Shown here: positions 48,523 to 57,564 of the stretch, one piece after another
How positions within the stretch are numbered: the stretch's first letter is position 1
Layout: every line of letters starts with the position of its first letter
Assembly (NCBI GenBank): GCA_027064525.1
Contig: JAMOPJ010000041.1
Location: 19,690 to 83,689, forward strand
From: Archaeoglobaceae archaeon
GTDB taxonomy: Archaea; Halobacteriota; Archaeoglobi; Archaeoglobales; Archaeoglobaceae
Length of the DNA: 64,000 nucleotides
Direction of reading: 5' to 3'
The notes under the pieces: model-generated
Database searches by the model: none
Told to the model about the DNA's origin: nothing
Seen by the model: the letters and a program-made list of their open reading frames with translations, nothing else
Program-made: the position numbers and the translations under genes

Positions 48523-48573
48523 AGAAAAAAATCGCTAAAATTTAAATATAATTATTTCTTAGGCTGAGTAACA

Positions 48574-49332
48574 ATGACGAGAGTTATTGCCGTAGCTTCT
48601 GGCAAGGGCGGAACTGGAAAGACAGTTGTTACCGCTAATTTAGGTGTCGCTCTTGCGGAATTGGGTAAAGATGTCACTCTCATCGATATAGACTTAGCCA
48701 TGGCCAATTTGGAACTCGTTTTGGGTATGGAAGGTATGCCGACAACGTTGCAGGATGTTTTAGCTGGAGAGGCTAAAGTTGAAGATGCGATATATACCGG
48801 GCCGGGTGGGGTTAAGGTTATTCCAGCCGGTTTAAGCTTCGACAGGCTGAAGTCTGCGGATCCAGATTTGGTTAAAGATGTAGTGTCTCAGCTGATGAAC
48901 AGAACAGAGTTCATCCTGATAGACTGTCCTTCTGGACTCAGCAAGATTACCCTCGTTGGCTTAGAATCTGCTGAAGAGCTACTTTTAGTGGTGAATCCGG
49001 ACATATCCTCAGTTACCGACGCCCTAAAGACCAAGATAATAGCTGAGAAGCTTAAGACGAAGCTGACAGGAATAGTTGTCAATAGATGGACGAAGAGCGG
49101 TTTCGAGATGGACAAGAAAGAAATAGAAAAAATATTGGGTGGGGTGGTTTTGGTCGTCATTCCGGAGGATCCAGAAGTAAAGAAGTCCGTATCCTTCGGA
49201 CAGCCCGTCGTGTTAAGATCTCCAAATTGTCCAGCATCTAAAGCCATAAGGGAGCTCGCGGCGAAGATTGCCGGTGTTGAGGCGAAGGTTGAAGAAAAGA
49301 AGAAAGGTTTTTTGGGTTTCCTGAGGAAGTAA
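48574..49332 (+). CDS. minD: MinD/ParA-family P-loop ATPase (archaeal MinD)
   Basis: Deviant Walker [24 protein letters not shown] and LIDCPSGL. Confidence 0.85.
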   Translation: MTRVIAVASGKGGTGKTVVTANLGVALAELGKDVTLIDIDLAMANLELVLGMEGMPTTLQDVLAGEAKVEDAIYTGPGGVKVIPAGLSFDRLKSADPDLVKDVVSQLMNRTEFILIDCPSGLSKITLVGLESAEELLLVVNPDISSVTDALKTKIIAEKLKTKLTGIVVNRWTKSGFEMDKKEIEKILGGVVLVVIPEDPEVKKSVSFGQPVVLRSPNCPASKAIRELAAKIAGVEAKVEEKKKGFLGFLRK

Positions 49333-49373
49333 AGACTAAACACTCTTGTTTATAGTTCAAGAGGTGAAAGGTT

Positions 49374-50381
49374 TTGAACGACGAGGCAAAGTGGGCTATC
49401 GCCCTACTCGCGGGAGTTCTGACGATCGTTGCGCTCACTTTTTACTTCTTCCTACCGCTCTTGGATGGAATAGTGATGGGAATAGTTTTCTCATACGTAG
49501 CGAAGCCGGTTAAAAAGAGGTTAGAGAAGAAGGTGGGAAGGATATTCTCCTCAGCCATCGCCACTTTCGTGATAATGATCCCGATATTCTTCCTAATGTT
49601 CTACGGCATATTCCAAGGGGTAAATCAGGCGATATACATACTCACACATCAGAGCGAGCTCGAAGCAAACATAGTAGAGATCCTAAAGGATGCCGGGATC
49701 AGTGAGGAGTATATACAAAGGATCTTGGAATACATTCCAAGCTTAGTAGCAATCATAAAGAGCAGGTTCGAACTCTCAGCTTTCGACGTAACGAAGAGGT
49801 TCATAATGTTTCTGATGAACTTCGTGATATCGGCTATAGTATGCTACTACGCCTTGGTTGATGGGGAAAGGTTCATAGAAAACACTCTAAAGCTTTTGCC
49901 AGAAAATCGGAGAGAGGAGTTCGGAAAATTCGTCAAAGAAATAGACGAAACGTTTTTAGGCTTATGGTTCGGGAACTTCGTCGTTGCGATGATGATAGGA
50001 TTCACGAGCATACCGTTTTTCATGTTCTTCAAGATCCCTCTGACTCCCTTGCTTTCTGGCTTGATGTTCCTAGCCGCGCTGATACCGATCTTCGCAGAGT
50101 GGATGATAATTCTGCCGGTTGCGTTTTACTTAGCTACGAAGAGCGTTACGACTGCAATCTGGTTTCTGATATTCGGAGTTATCTTCCTATACATCATACC
50201 CGAGATAATCGTCCGTCCATACTTCGTCGGATACACTTCCAAGATCCATCCCCTCGTCCTAATGCTCGCGTTCATCGGTGGTGCGGTTGTGGGCGGAATA
50301 GCGGGATTCTTCATAGCTCCGATGATCGCCGGATTGATCACTGCAGTTTATAACTACTACCTCCGATTGAACCAGACGTAG
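49374..50381 (+). CDS. AI-2E/PerM-family (UPF0118) transporter
   Basis: About 8 TM segments with family-like spacing. TTG start preceded by GAGGTGA at a suitable distance. Family assignment is by topology and pattern only. Confidence 0.55.
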   Translation: MNDEAKWAIALLAGVLTIVALTFYFFLPLLDGIVMGIVFSYVAKPVKKRLEKKVGRIFSSAIATFVIMIPIFFLMFYGIFQGVNQAIYILTHQSELEANIVEILKDAGISEEYIQRILEYIPSLVAIIKSRFELSAFDVTKRFIMFLMNFVISAIVCYYALVDGERFIENTLKLLPENRREEFGKFVKEIDETFLGLWFGNFVVAMMIGFTSIPFFMFFKIPLTPLLSGLMFLAALIPIFAEWMIILPVAFYLATKSVTTAIWFLIFGVIFLYIIPEIIVRPYFVGYTSKIHPLVLMLAFIGGAVVGGIAGFFIAPMIAGLITAVYNYYLRLNQT

Positions 50382-50746
50382 AACTTCTCACCTTTGTAGT
50401 TGATTAGTTTTCCATCGGTTGCGAACTCGTTTCCGAATGGGCGAATAAGGCAATCCGCATTAACAATTCTTGCTAAAGAGACTATATACGGGTAAAGTTC
50501 TAGAGGGGGTCTGAGAGAGTAGATCAGGCTCGCACCTTTGTATATTTCGATATTCGGATCCATAACGTCGTCAACGTGGAATCTCACACCTTCGGGTGTA
50601 TCCACTCTTCTGAAGTCCGTTGCAACGACCTCGAATCCTCTCAAAGCGAGATTCTCAGCGACACAATGATAGTTGCCTATTCCAACCTCAACCACTTTTC
50701 CACCGTATCTCTCGGCTATGAACTCCACTATAACCTCGCAAAGCAT
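50357..50746 (-). CDS. UPF0146-family (methyltransferase-fold) protein
   Basis: VVEVGIG....VA..L...GFEVVATD......PEGV.F.VDDV..P....Y.GA.LIYS.RPP.EL. Confidence 0.65.
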   Translation of the reverse strand: MLCEVIVEFIAERYGGKVVEVGIGNYHCVAENLALRGFEVVATDFRRVDTPEGVRFHVDDVMDPNIEIYKGASLIYSLRPPLELYPYIVSLARIVNADCLIRPFGNEFATDGKLINYKGEKFYVWFNRR

Positions 50747-50780
50747 AATGACTTAAATAATCAAGGTCAAAATACGTTTT

Positions 50781-51227
50781 GTGCTATCGGTGGTTATCAG
50801 GGACTACGAGGTCAAGGATTTTAGAGACATCGTCGCCATAGATGCGGAAGCCTTTGGGAATAGAAATCCGGTTTACGATGCATACATCTACATAACGTTC
50901 GGAAGCGATCTGATCGTGGCTGATATAGGCGGAAGGGTTGTTGGATACATAGCGATCGTCGACTATGGTAGAGAAGCAAAGATAATATCGTTCGCCGTGA
51001 AGAGAGAGTTCAGGGGTAAAGGAATAGGAACGAAGTTGCTCAAAGCGGCAATAGAGAGATGTAAAAGGAGAGGAAAGGAGAGGATCTTGTTGGAAGTTAG
51101 GGTTTCGAACTCCATTGCTCAAAGATTGTATAAAAAAAATGGATTTAAGATCATCGATGTGATCCCAAACTACTACAACGATGGGGAAGACGCCTATCTA
51201 ATGGCTTTAGACCTCAGGGGACAATAG
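50781..51227 (+). CDS. rimI: GNAT N-acetyltransferase (RimI/Ard1-like)
   Basis: I..FAV..EFRGKGIGTKLL..A.E.....G...I.LEVR.SN..A..LY.K.GF. Confidence 0.75.
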   Translation: MLSVVIRDYEVKDFRDIVAIDAEAFGNRNPVYDAYIYITFGSDLIVADIGGRVVGYIAIVDYGREAKIISFAVKREFRGKGIGTKLLKAAIERCKRRGKERILLEVRVSNSIAQRLYKKNGFKIIDVIPNYYNDGEDAYLMALDLRGQ

Positions 51228-51480
51228 ATTCAAGCAGTTCCTGAATCTTCGGATTCTTTAAAATTTCTTCCGGTGGACTCTCTTTAAAGATCTCCGAAAT
51301 GCCTTTACACAACAGCATTATAGCCTTTTTATGATCCGCTTTGCTCTTATGTATGTGGACGGGCTGAACCCCCAATTCGTCATACTGCTTGAAGTGTCCG
51401 TTTGCTATACCAGCATCCTCGAAGAACCTCTTTATGTGAAACAGTGCCAGATGCAAAAGCACTATCTCTTCCTTGTGCAT
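51214..51480 (-). CDS. UPF0058-family small protein
   Basis: MHKEEIVLLHLALFHIKRFFE......HF..Y.ELGV.P.HIHKSK..HK.A...L. Confidence 0.6.
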   Translation of the reverse strand: MHKEEIVLLHLALFHIKRFFEDAGIANGHFKQYDELGVQPVHIHKSKADHKKAIMLLCKGISEIFKESPPEEILKNPKIQELLESIVP

Positions 51481-51705
51481 GTCTATCACCCGTATGCGGT
51501 TGATTTATCGACAAATCACTAAAAAAATTTATTGCTTGAAAAATATGATTACATACAGTGTCATACATACGCATTAATATAATAATCGGTTTAAGATTAC
51601 TATAATCATGATAAGGAAAAGATAAATATAAGCTTTTCCATTTGTGGCTTTGAAATCAATGAAGCCCATATAAAATCGTATCTTATTTTGTGCTTTCCAC
51701 AATCC

Positions 51706-51712
51706 TTATATA
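51706..51712 (+). promoter_or_regulatory. TATA-box-like element for tRNA-Cys
   Basis: TTATATA lies 24 nt upstream of the mature tRNA 5' end. Confidence 0.45.
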
Positions 51713-51736
51713 CCACTTGCTGTATGTATCAAATAA

Positions 51737-51807
51737 GCCAGGGTGGCAGAGGGGCTATGCGGGGGACTGCAGATCCCCTGACCCCGGTTCGAATCCGGGC
51801 CCTGGCT
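51737..51807 (+). tRNA. tRNA-Cys (anticodon GCA)
   Basis: Hand-folded cloverleaf. Acceptor GCCAGGG/CCCTGGC. Anticodon stem GGGGA/TCCCC with loop CTGCAGA. T arm CCCGG-TTCGAAT-CCGGG. Discriminator T. CCA is not encoded. Confidence 0.9.
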
Positions 51808-51818
51808 TAAATTTAAAT

Positions 51819-51856
51819 TGGTTGTGATGCAACACTGTTGATGGATTATTTAAATC
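51819..51856 (-). repeat. intergenic repeat element, copy 3 (3' core only, inverted)
   Basis: The reverse complement reads GATTTAAATAATCCATCAACAGTGTTGCATCACAACCA. It starts 12 nt after the tRNA-Cys 3' end and lacks the GTGACTCCACATTG arm. Confidence 0.55.
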
Positions 51857-52088
51857 TACCTCTAAAAGTTCTCTTAACTTCTCTTCGATAATAGAGCTAA
51901 TGTCAATTCCCAGGAAGATTTTATCAACTTTAGCAAATTCGTTCAAATACTATGCTAGACACCGACAACATAACAAATGATGCTATGATCAAAATGTAGA
52001 TCTTTTTAGCCATATGCCATAACAAGTAGTAATATATTTTTCAGTATCAGTAACACTTAATAATCGGAATTTGATCAAACTTAAAGCC

Positions 52089-54044
52089 ATGAAGAATAAA
52101 ATTTTCTTGGCGACTTTGCTGGTCGTGCTTGCTCTAACGGTTGCAGGATGCGTTCAGCAAAAACCTACAAAGGTTGCCAAGGGTATCACGATCACGGACA
52201 TGGCCGGAAGAACGATTACGCTAAACAAGACTCCAAAGAGGGTTATAGTGTTAACGAGCTACTGGGCTGAGACGTTGTGCTTGCTCGGAGTCGATGATAA
52301 AATCGTTGGTATCGGAAACTACGTTTCAAATTCTGATTACGTTTCCGATAGCGTCAAGAACAAGCCGAAAGTCGGAAGCGTCTTTAGGGGTGTGAACTGG
52401 GAAACCGTTGCAAGTTTAAATCCAGATTTGATAATAACAGACTGGTATGGTGGGAAGTATAAGGATAAGGAGATAATAGAGAAGGCTGAACAGCTTGGTA
52501 TCACTGTAGTGGCTTTGCAAGCTAAGACGGTTGAAGACAACATTAGGTGCATAGAAATACTTGGAAAGGTGTTTGGAAGAGAGGACAAAGCCAAGGAGAT
52601 CATCGATTTCATGAATGCCAAGCTTGAAGAAGTCAAAGAAATTTCAAAGCAAGTCCCTAGGAAAAAAGTTCTTGTAATTTCTGCTCCTAAGGACATATCT
52701 GGACCAATTACAGTCTATGCAAAGGGTAGTGCTTGGGGTAGCATTCCTGAAATAGTTGGTGCTCACAATGTTGCTTTTGATAAGAACTTCAGCACGCAGT
52801 GGCCTAAAGTCGATTTGGAGAAGATCATCGCTTGGTGGAACGATACGGATGTCTTGATAGTGATTTCATTCGATGAGAACAAGCTTAAAGAAACTATCGA
52901 AAAGATAAAGAACGACGAAAGATGGAAGGAAATTAAGGCTGTTAGAGAAGGGAATGTATACGGTATCCCAGCTGGAGGAAAATTCGGACACTTCCTAGAC
53001 TGGGGGCCGAGGATAATAGTTGGAGTCTATCAGTTTGGATGTGCAATTTATCCAGAACAGTATCCAAGATGGCAGAAGGTTGCAGATGAGTTGCTGAAGT
53101 TTTACAACATGAGTTTCTATAAGACTGTTATAGACACGGAAGGCAGAAAGGTCAGAATCCCGCTTAAGATTGAAAGAGCTGTGGTGTTAGCTTCGCAGGT
53201 TGCGGAACTGATGTATTGCTGGGGAGATTTTGATAAGGTCGTCGGCACTACAAAGTGGGCTGTAAAGAACCCAATACTTGCTAAATTTACGGACATAGAA
53301 AACGTTACAGTCGTAGGAAGTGGAAGAAGTCCGAACGTTGAAGCAATTATATCACTGAAGCCAGATATCGTTATAACATACGGTGGAGAATACGGCTATT
53401 CAACTCCAAAAACTGCGATAGAACAACTTGAGAAAGCTGGAATTCCTGTAGTTTTAGTAGAGCTTGAAAGTCTCGATGAAGTTTACAGAACTGTGGAACT
53501 CATCGGAGATGTTCTGAATAAGGAGGATAAAGCTAAGGAGACCGTAGATTACATGAAGAGGGTAGTTGCTATGGTCGAAGATGAGGCTAGCAAGATACCT
53601 GAAAATGAAAGGATTAAGGCAATATGGCTTTGGAGTTCTCCAACTAAGGTTACCGGCAATGCAGGAGTTACAAACGATTTGATCATTAACGCTGGAGCTA
53701 TAAATCCAGCAAGCGAGCTTGAAGGTAAGTATGTTAGCGTTCCACTTGAAAAGATCGTTGCATGGAACCCAGACGTAATCATAATCTGGACTCATGCAAA
53801 ATATAATCCAGAGGACTTGATAAACGATCCGAAGTGGCAGGATATAAACGCAATTAAGAATAAGAGGGTTTACAAACAGCCAAGGCTGTTGGGCGATACT
53901 TGGAGCATAAGAGTTGCAGTGCTTCAGGCTTGGATGTTCGATAAGTTTTATCCGGGTAGGATAGACTTCCACAAGGTTGCAAACAAGTTCTTTGAGCACT
54001 TCTACGGTGTAAGCTACGAGGAGCTAGAAAAGGTGGTTGAGTGA
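52089..54044 (+). CDS. tandem-duplicated ABC substrate-binding lipoprotein (FecB/BtuF, class III PBP type)
   Basis: Signal peptide and lipobox (LALTVAGC). Two consecutive PBP modules, each starting with a P.R...L....AE.L..LG..DK.VG motif: RVIVLTSYWAETLCLLGVDDKIVG and RAVVLASQVAELMYCWGDFDKVVG. The ORF track start is TTG 52071. Confidence 0.8.
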   Translation: MKNKIFLATLLVVLALTVAGCVQQKPTKVAKGITITDMAGRTITLNKTPKRVIVLTSYWAETLCLLGVDDKIVGIGNYVSNSDYVSDSVKNKPKVGSVFRGVNWETVASLNPDLIITDWYGGKYKDKEIIEKAEQLGITVVALQAKTVEDNIRCIEILGKVFGREDKAKEIIDFMNAKLEEVKEISKQVPRKKVLVISAPKDISGPITVYAKGSAWGSIPEIVGAHNVAFDKNFSTQWPKVDLEKIIAWWNDTDVLIVISFDENKLKETIEKIKNDERWKEIKAVREGNVYGIPAGGKFGHFLDWGPRIIVGVYQFGCAIYPEQYPRWQKVADELLKFYNMSFYKTVIDTEGRKVRIPLKIERAVVLASQVAELMYCWGDFDKVVGTTKWAVKNPILAKFTDIENVTVVGSGRSPNVEAIISLKPDIVITYGGEYGYSTPKTAIEQLEKAGIPVVLVELESLDEVYRTVELIGDVLNKEDKAKETVDYMKRVVAMVEDEASKIPENERIKAIWLWSSPTKVTGNAGVTNDLIINAGAINPASELEGKYVSVPLEKIVAWNPDVIIIWTHAKYNPEDLINDPKWQDINAIKNKRVYKQPRLLGDTWSIRVAVLQAWMFDKFYPGRIDFHKVANKFFEHFYGVSYEELEKVVE

Positions 54045-55066
54045 TGCACAAAAAGCTGACATTAACGTTTTTTCTTATTTTTCCGATCTTCTCATTCTTC
54101 TTGAGTCTGTGTGTTGGAGCGTATCATATTCCCTTGCCAGCAATAGTAAAGATGATCGTTGCCAAGATTCTTGAAGTCGTGACGTTTGGTAAAGTTAGCT
54201 TAGAGCTTGGATACCCCTCTACATACGAAACAATTCTGTTTCAGATCAGACTTCCAAGAGTGATTACTGCGATGCTTGTAGGGTCAGCTTTAGCTGTAGC
54301 TGGTGCTGTTCTGCAGGCAACATTCAGAAATCCGCTGGTCGATGCGTATATCGTTGGAATCTCAGCCGGAGCGGCGTTTGGAGCGGCCTTAGCCTTTGGG
54401 TTTTTGCCAGCTAGCATAGAAGTTATGGCTTTTGTCTTTTCGATGGTTGCAATGTTTTTAACATACACGCTTGCAAAAATAGGTGGCAAGGTAACCACGA
54501 TCTCTCTAATTTTGGCTGGAATAATCGTTAATGCTTTCTTCTCAGCTTTAACATCTATGCTTAAGTTTTTGATGGAGCATGAAAAGCTTGCTGGAGTAGT
54601 TTACTGGCTTATGGGCAGCTTTGCAAATGCAGACTGGAATGTTGTATCGCGAATAACGATTCCGATCGCTTTGGGCTGTTTTGTGACATATCTCATGAGA
54701 TGGTATCTAAATGTTCTTTCTATGGGTGAAGAAGCTCAGATTTTTGGAGTGGACGTAGGCAAGATGAGATTCATATACATATCACTCGTGTCGTTTATGA
54801 CCGCCGTAGCGGTTGCTCACTGCGGTATAATCGGCTGGGTAGGTTTGATAATGCCTCACATCGTCAGAATGGCTTTTGGACCGGATCACAAAATGCTTAT
54901 CCCGCTTTCTATAGCTATAGGTGCTGGATTTATGGTTCTAGCCGATGATGTCGCAAGAGCGGCAACAACATTCGAAATACCGATTGGAATCGTTACTACA
55001 ATCTTGGGAATTCCATTCTTCGTATATCTTTTGAGAAAGACTGGTGGAGGGGAATGGAACGTCTAA
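54041..55066 (+). CDS. FecCD/BtuC-family ABC transporter permease
   Basis: About 9-10 TM segments: RLPRV..A.LVG.ALA.AGA.LQ...RNPL.D..I.GIS.GA. A 4-nt overlap with the binding-protein gene. Confidence 0.9.
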   Translation: MMHKKLTLTFFLIFPIFSFFLSLCVGAYHIPLPAIVKMIVAKILEVVTFGKVSLELGYPSTYETILFQIRLPRVITAMLVGSALAVAGAVLQATFRNPLVDAYIVGISAGAAFGAALAFGFLPASIEVMAFVFSMVAMFLTYTLAKIGGKVTTISLILAGIIVNAFFSALTSMLKFLMEHEKLAGVVYWLMGSFANADWNVVSRITIPIALGCFVTYLMRWYLNVLSMGEEAQIFGVDVGKMRFIYISLVSFMTAVAVAHCGIIGWVGLIMPHIVRMAFGPDHKMLIPLSIAIGAGFMVLADDVARAATTFEIPIGIVTTILGIPFFVYLLRKTGGGEWNV

Positions 55067-55203
55067 AGTTATAGTTATATTTGAGGCTATATGAGTAAAG
55101 ATTGTAAGCATAAGTCATCTCAAATTTATTATTTTATTCCTAAGCGAACTAAATTCTCCAAATAACCAATAATACTTAAATAGGGAACAGTGCTAATAGC
55201 TAT

Positions 55204-57564
55204 ATGAATCTAAGCTTTATCATAGGTTACGGCGCACAAATGCTTCCCTTAATACTCAAAATCTTAAAAGAAGAGTCAAAAAAGCTCAATTTTAGCTATA
55301 TCGCTACTAACGATAGATTTAGCGATAAATTCGTTGAATGTATCAAAAATAGTGATGTCATATTCATTCACTCCTATGAATTACCCGATTCCGTTGAAGA
55401 AGCCGTAAAGGAATCTAAAGCTAAGATAATTGTATCCACTACAGAGAATTTTGTCCATCTTGCAAGAGGTTCACCAGACGTTTTAAATAAAGCTATAGAG
55501 TATTTTAAGATCGGCGGTGAAGAAAACTTAAGAAACCTCGTAAGGTTTTTGCTGAAGAGTATCGGAGCTAGCGTTGAGGTTGAAGATGTAAAAGAAATTC
55601 CTTGGCACGGGATTTATCATCCCAAGCTTGGATTTTTTAAAAGCATTAAAGAATATCTAGATATCTATGGGTTAAGGCCTCTTGTCGGTGTTATTTTTCA
55701 TAGATCCCACTGGCTCTACGGAAATCTTAAGCTCCTCAACGTAATCGTAGAAGCGTTTGAAGATGAAGGCTTGGGAGTTCTGCCCGTCTTCACCTACGGC
55801 TGGAAAGATGAACTGCTAAATACTCCATCGAAAGAAGATACGATTGGAGAATTCTTTATCGTGGATGGAAAGTCTGCCGTTGATGCAGTGCTCAATCTAA
55901 CCTACTTCTTTTTATTAGATCACGGGAGATGGGATAAGAAGGACAGATTTAAAGAGGTCGCTGGCTTGGAGTTGCTAAAGAAATTAAACGTTCCTATAAT
56001 TCAGCCGTGCTTTTCTTCCTCACAAAGCGTTTCTGAATGGGCTGAAAATCCGCAGGGGTTGGACTACATGTCTCAGGTTTGGACGATAATCATGCCTGAA
56101 GTTGATGGACTAGTTGAGCCGATATACATCGCCGGATCGAGGGTTGACGATAACGGTGTAAAAACATTTGAGCCATACAAGGAACATGCGAGGTATTTGG
56201 CGAGGAGAATAAAGAAATGGATAGAACTTAGAAAGAAAAAGCCTGAAGAAAGAAAAATTGCGATCGTTCTAATAAATCCGCCGTGCAAAGGGCTGGAAGC
56301 AAGCGTTGCGGTTGGAGTGGGCTTGGATGTTCCAGAAAGCATTGCAAAGCTTCTAAATAGGCTTAAAAAGCTTGGTTACAAAGTGGAGAATCCTCCAAAA
56401 GATGGGAAAGAGCTAATGAGGCTCATATTGGAAAGAAAGGCTATAAGCGAGTTTAGGTGGACATCCGTTGAGGAGATCGTTGCTAAGGGAGGAGCAGTCG
56501 ATTTTGTCGATTTGGAAACTTACATGGAATGGTTTAACGAATTACCAGCAAAAGCTAGAGAGGAGGTGGTTAAGGAATGGGGTAATCCTGAAGATGTTCT
56601 AAGGAATAATCGCAAGGAATTTGCCGGAATGGTTTACGATGGGAAATTTGTTATTCCCGGCTTGCTGTTTGGAAACGTCTTCATAACTCCTCAGCCCAAG
56701 TTCGGCTGTGCTGGGGCAGGATGTGATGGTAGAATTTGTAAGATTTTGCATAATCCAACGATTCCACCCCCTCATCAATGGCTTGCCGTTTATAGATGGA
56801 TCACCCGAAAGTTTAAAGCCGATGTAATAATCCATTTTGGGACTCACGGCTATTTGGAGTTCAGACCCGGCAAGGGTGTTGGGCTATCTGTTAACTGTTG
56901 GCCCGAGATCAGCATCGATGATGTGCCTCATGTCTACGTCTACAATGTCTCAAATCCGATGGAGGGTGTAATAGCTAAAAGAAGAAGCTATGCTGTAATA
57001 GTTGATCATATCTATCCTCCTATGGCCATGGCGGAAGTCTTGGATGAGATGGAGTCTCTGTTAGCTCAGTATTTTAAAGCCAAACAGTTGGAAGATTTTG
57101 AAAGGGCGGAGATAATCTATAAAGATCTGATCGAAAAAGCGAGGGAGAACAACATTCCGATTAAGGATGATGAGCCAGAAAAGGTGGTTGAAGATATCCA
57201 CGGATACGTCGATGCCGTTAGAAACACTCAGATAGAGATAGGCTTGCATATCTTTGCTCATCCTCGCTTGGACAAGCTTGCTGAATATGTGGCAACGATC
57301 ATGGCAAACGATACTCATGAATATCCTTCGATAAGGAGGATTATAGCCGAATATCTCGGCTTGGATTATGATGAAATGAAGTCTAAGCCGAATGAGATCA
57401 ATAGGTTTGGATTAACCAATTCTGAAACCTTAAAGCTTCTGCATAGGATCGCAGTTAAGACTATAGACGATCTGCTCAAAGCTAATAGTGATTCGGATGA
57501 TACGATCCTTGAAATTCTGAATAAGAACATCTCCGAGATTTTGAGAGGTGCTACTTATGCTTGA
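55204..57564 (+). CDS. cobN: CobN-type (class I) chelatase large subunit, N-terminal 786-aa portion
   Basis: Length and pattern of the CobN/ChlH N-terminal and central regions (…HFGTHGYLEF.PGK…). Stops at TGA 57562-64, and the sequence continues in the next ORF. Confidence 0.8.
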   Translation: MNLSFIIGYGAQMLPLILKILKEESKKLNFSYIATNDRFSDKFVECIKNSDVIFIHSYELPDSVEEAVKESKAKIIVSTTENFVHLARGSPDVLNKAIEYFKIGGEENLRNLVRFLLKSIGASVEVEDVKEIPWHGIYHPKLGFFKSIKEYLDIYGLRPLVGVIFHRSHWLYGNLKLLNVIVEAFEDEGLGVLPVFTYGWKDELLNTPSKEDTIGEFFIVDGKSAVDAVLNLTYFFLLDHGRWDKKDRFKEVAGLELLKKLNVPIIQPCFSSSQSVSEWAENPQGLDYMSQVWTIIMPEVDGLVEPIYIAGSRVDDNGVKTFEPYKEHARYLARRIKKWIELRKKKPEERKIAIVLINPPCKGLEASVAVGVGLDVPESIAKLLNRLKKLGYKVENPPKDGKELMRLILERKAISEFRWTSVEEIVAKGGAVDFVDLETYMEWFNELPAKAREEVVKEWGNPEDVLRNNRKEFAGMVYDGKFVIPGLLFGNVFITPQPKFGCAGAGCDGRICKILHNPTIPPPHQWLAVYRWITRKFKADVIIHFGTHGYLEFRPGKGVGLSVNCWPEISIDDVPHVYVYNVSNPMEGVIAKRRSYAVIVDHIYPPMAMAEVLDEMESLLAQYFKAKQLEDFERAEIIYKDLIEKARENNIPIKDDEPEKVVEDIHGYVDAVRNTQIEIGLHIFAHPRLDKLAEYVATIMANDTHEYPSIRRIIAEYLGLDYDEMKSKPNEINRFGLTNSETLKLLHRIAVKTIDDLLKANSDSDDTILEILNKNISEILRGATYA

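Noticed and set aside
51819-51856. C/D box sRNA interpretation of the repeat element (GTGATGC ... CTGT ... TGATGG on the plus strand).
   Set aside because: The box-like strings are only 4 nt apart, so there is no room for a guide. No CUGA D box follows at the right distance. The boxes are imperfect in all three copies.
51755-51946. 63-aa minus-strand ORF.
   Set aside because: Its C-terminal third is the reverse translation of tRNA-Cys and it has a TTG start. It is very likely spurious.
51930-52013. 27-aa hydrophobic peptide ORF on the minus strand (MAKKIYILIIASFVMLSVSSIVFERIC).
   Set aside because: It is too short and AT-rich to distinguish from chance, with no visible RBS or promoter. It is noted only as a possible membrane micro-protein.
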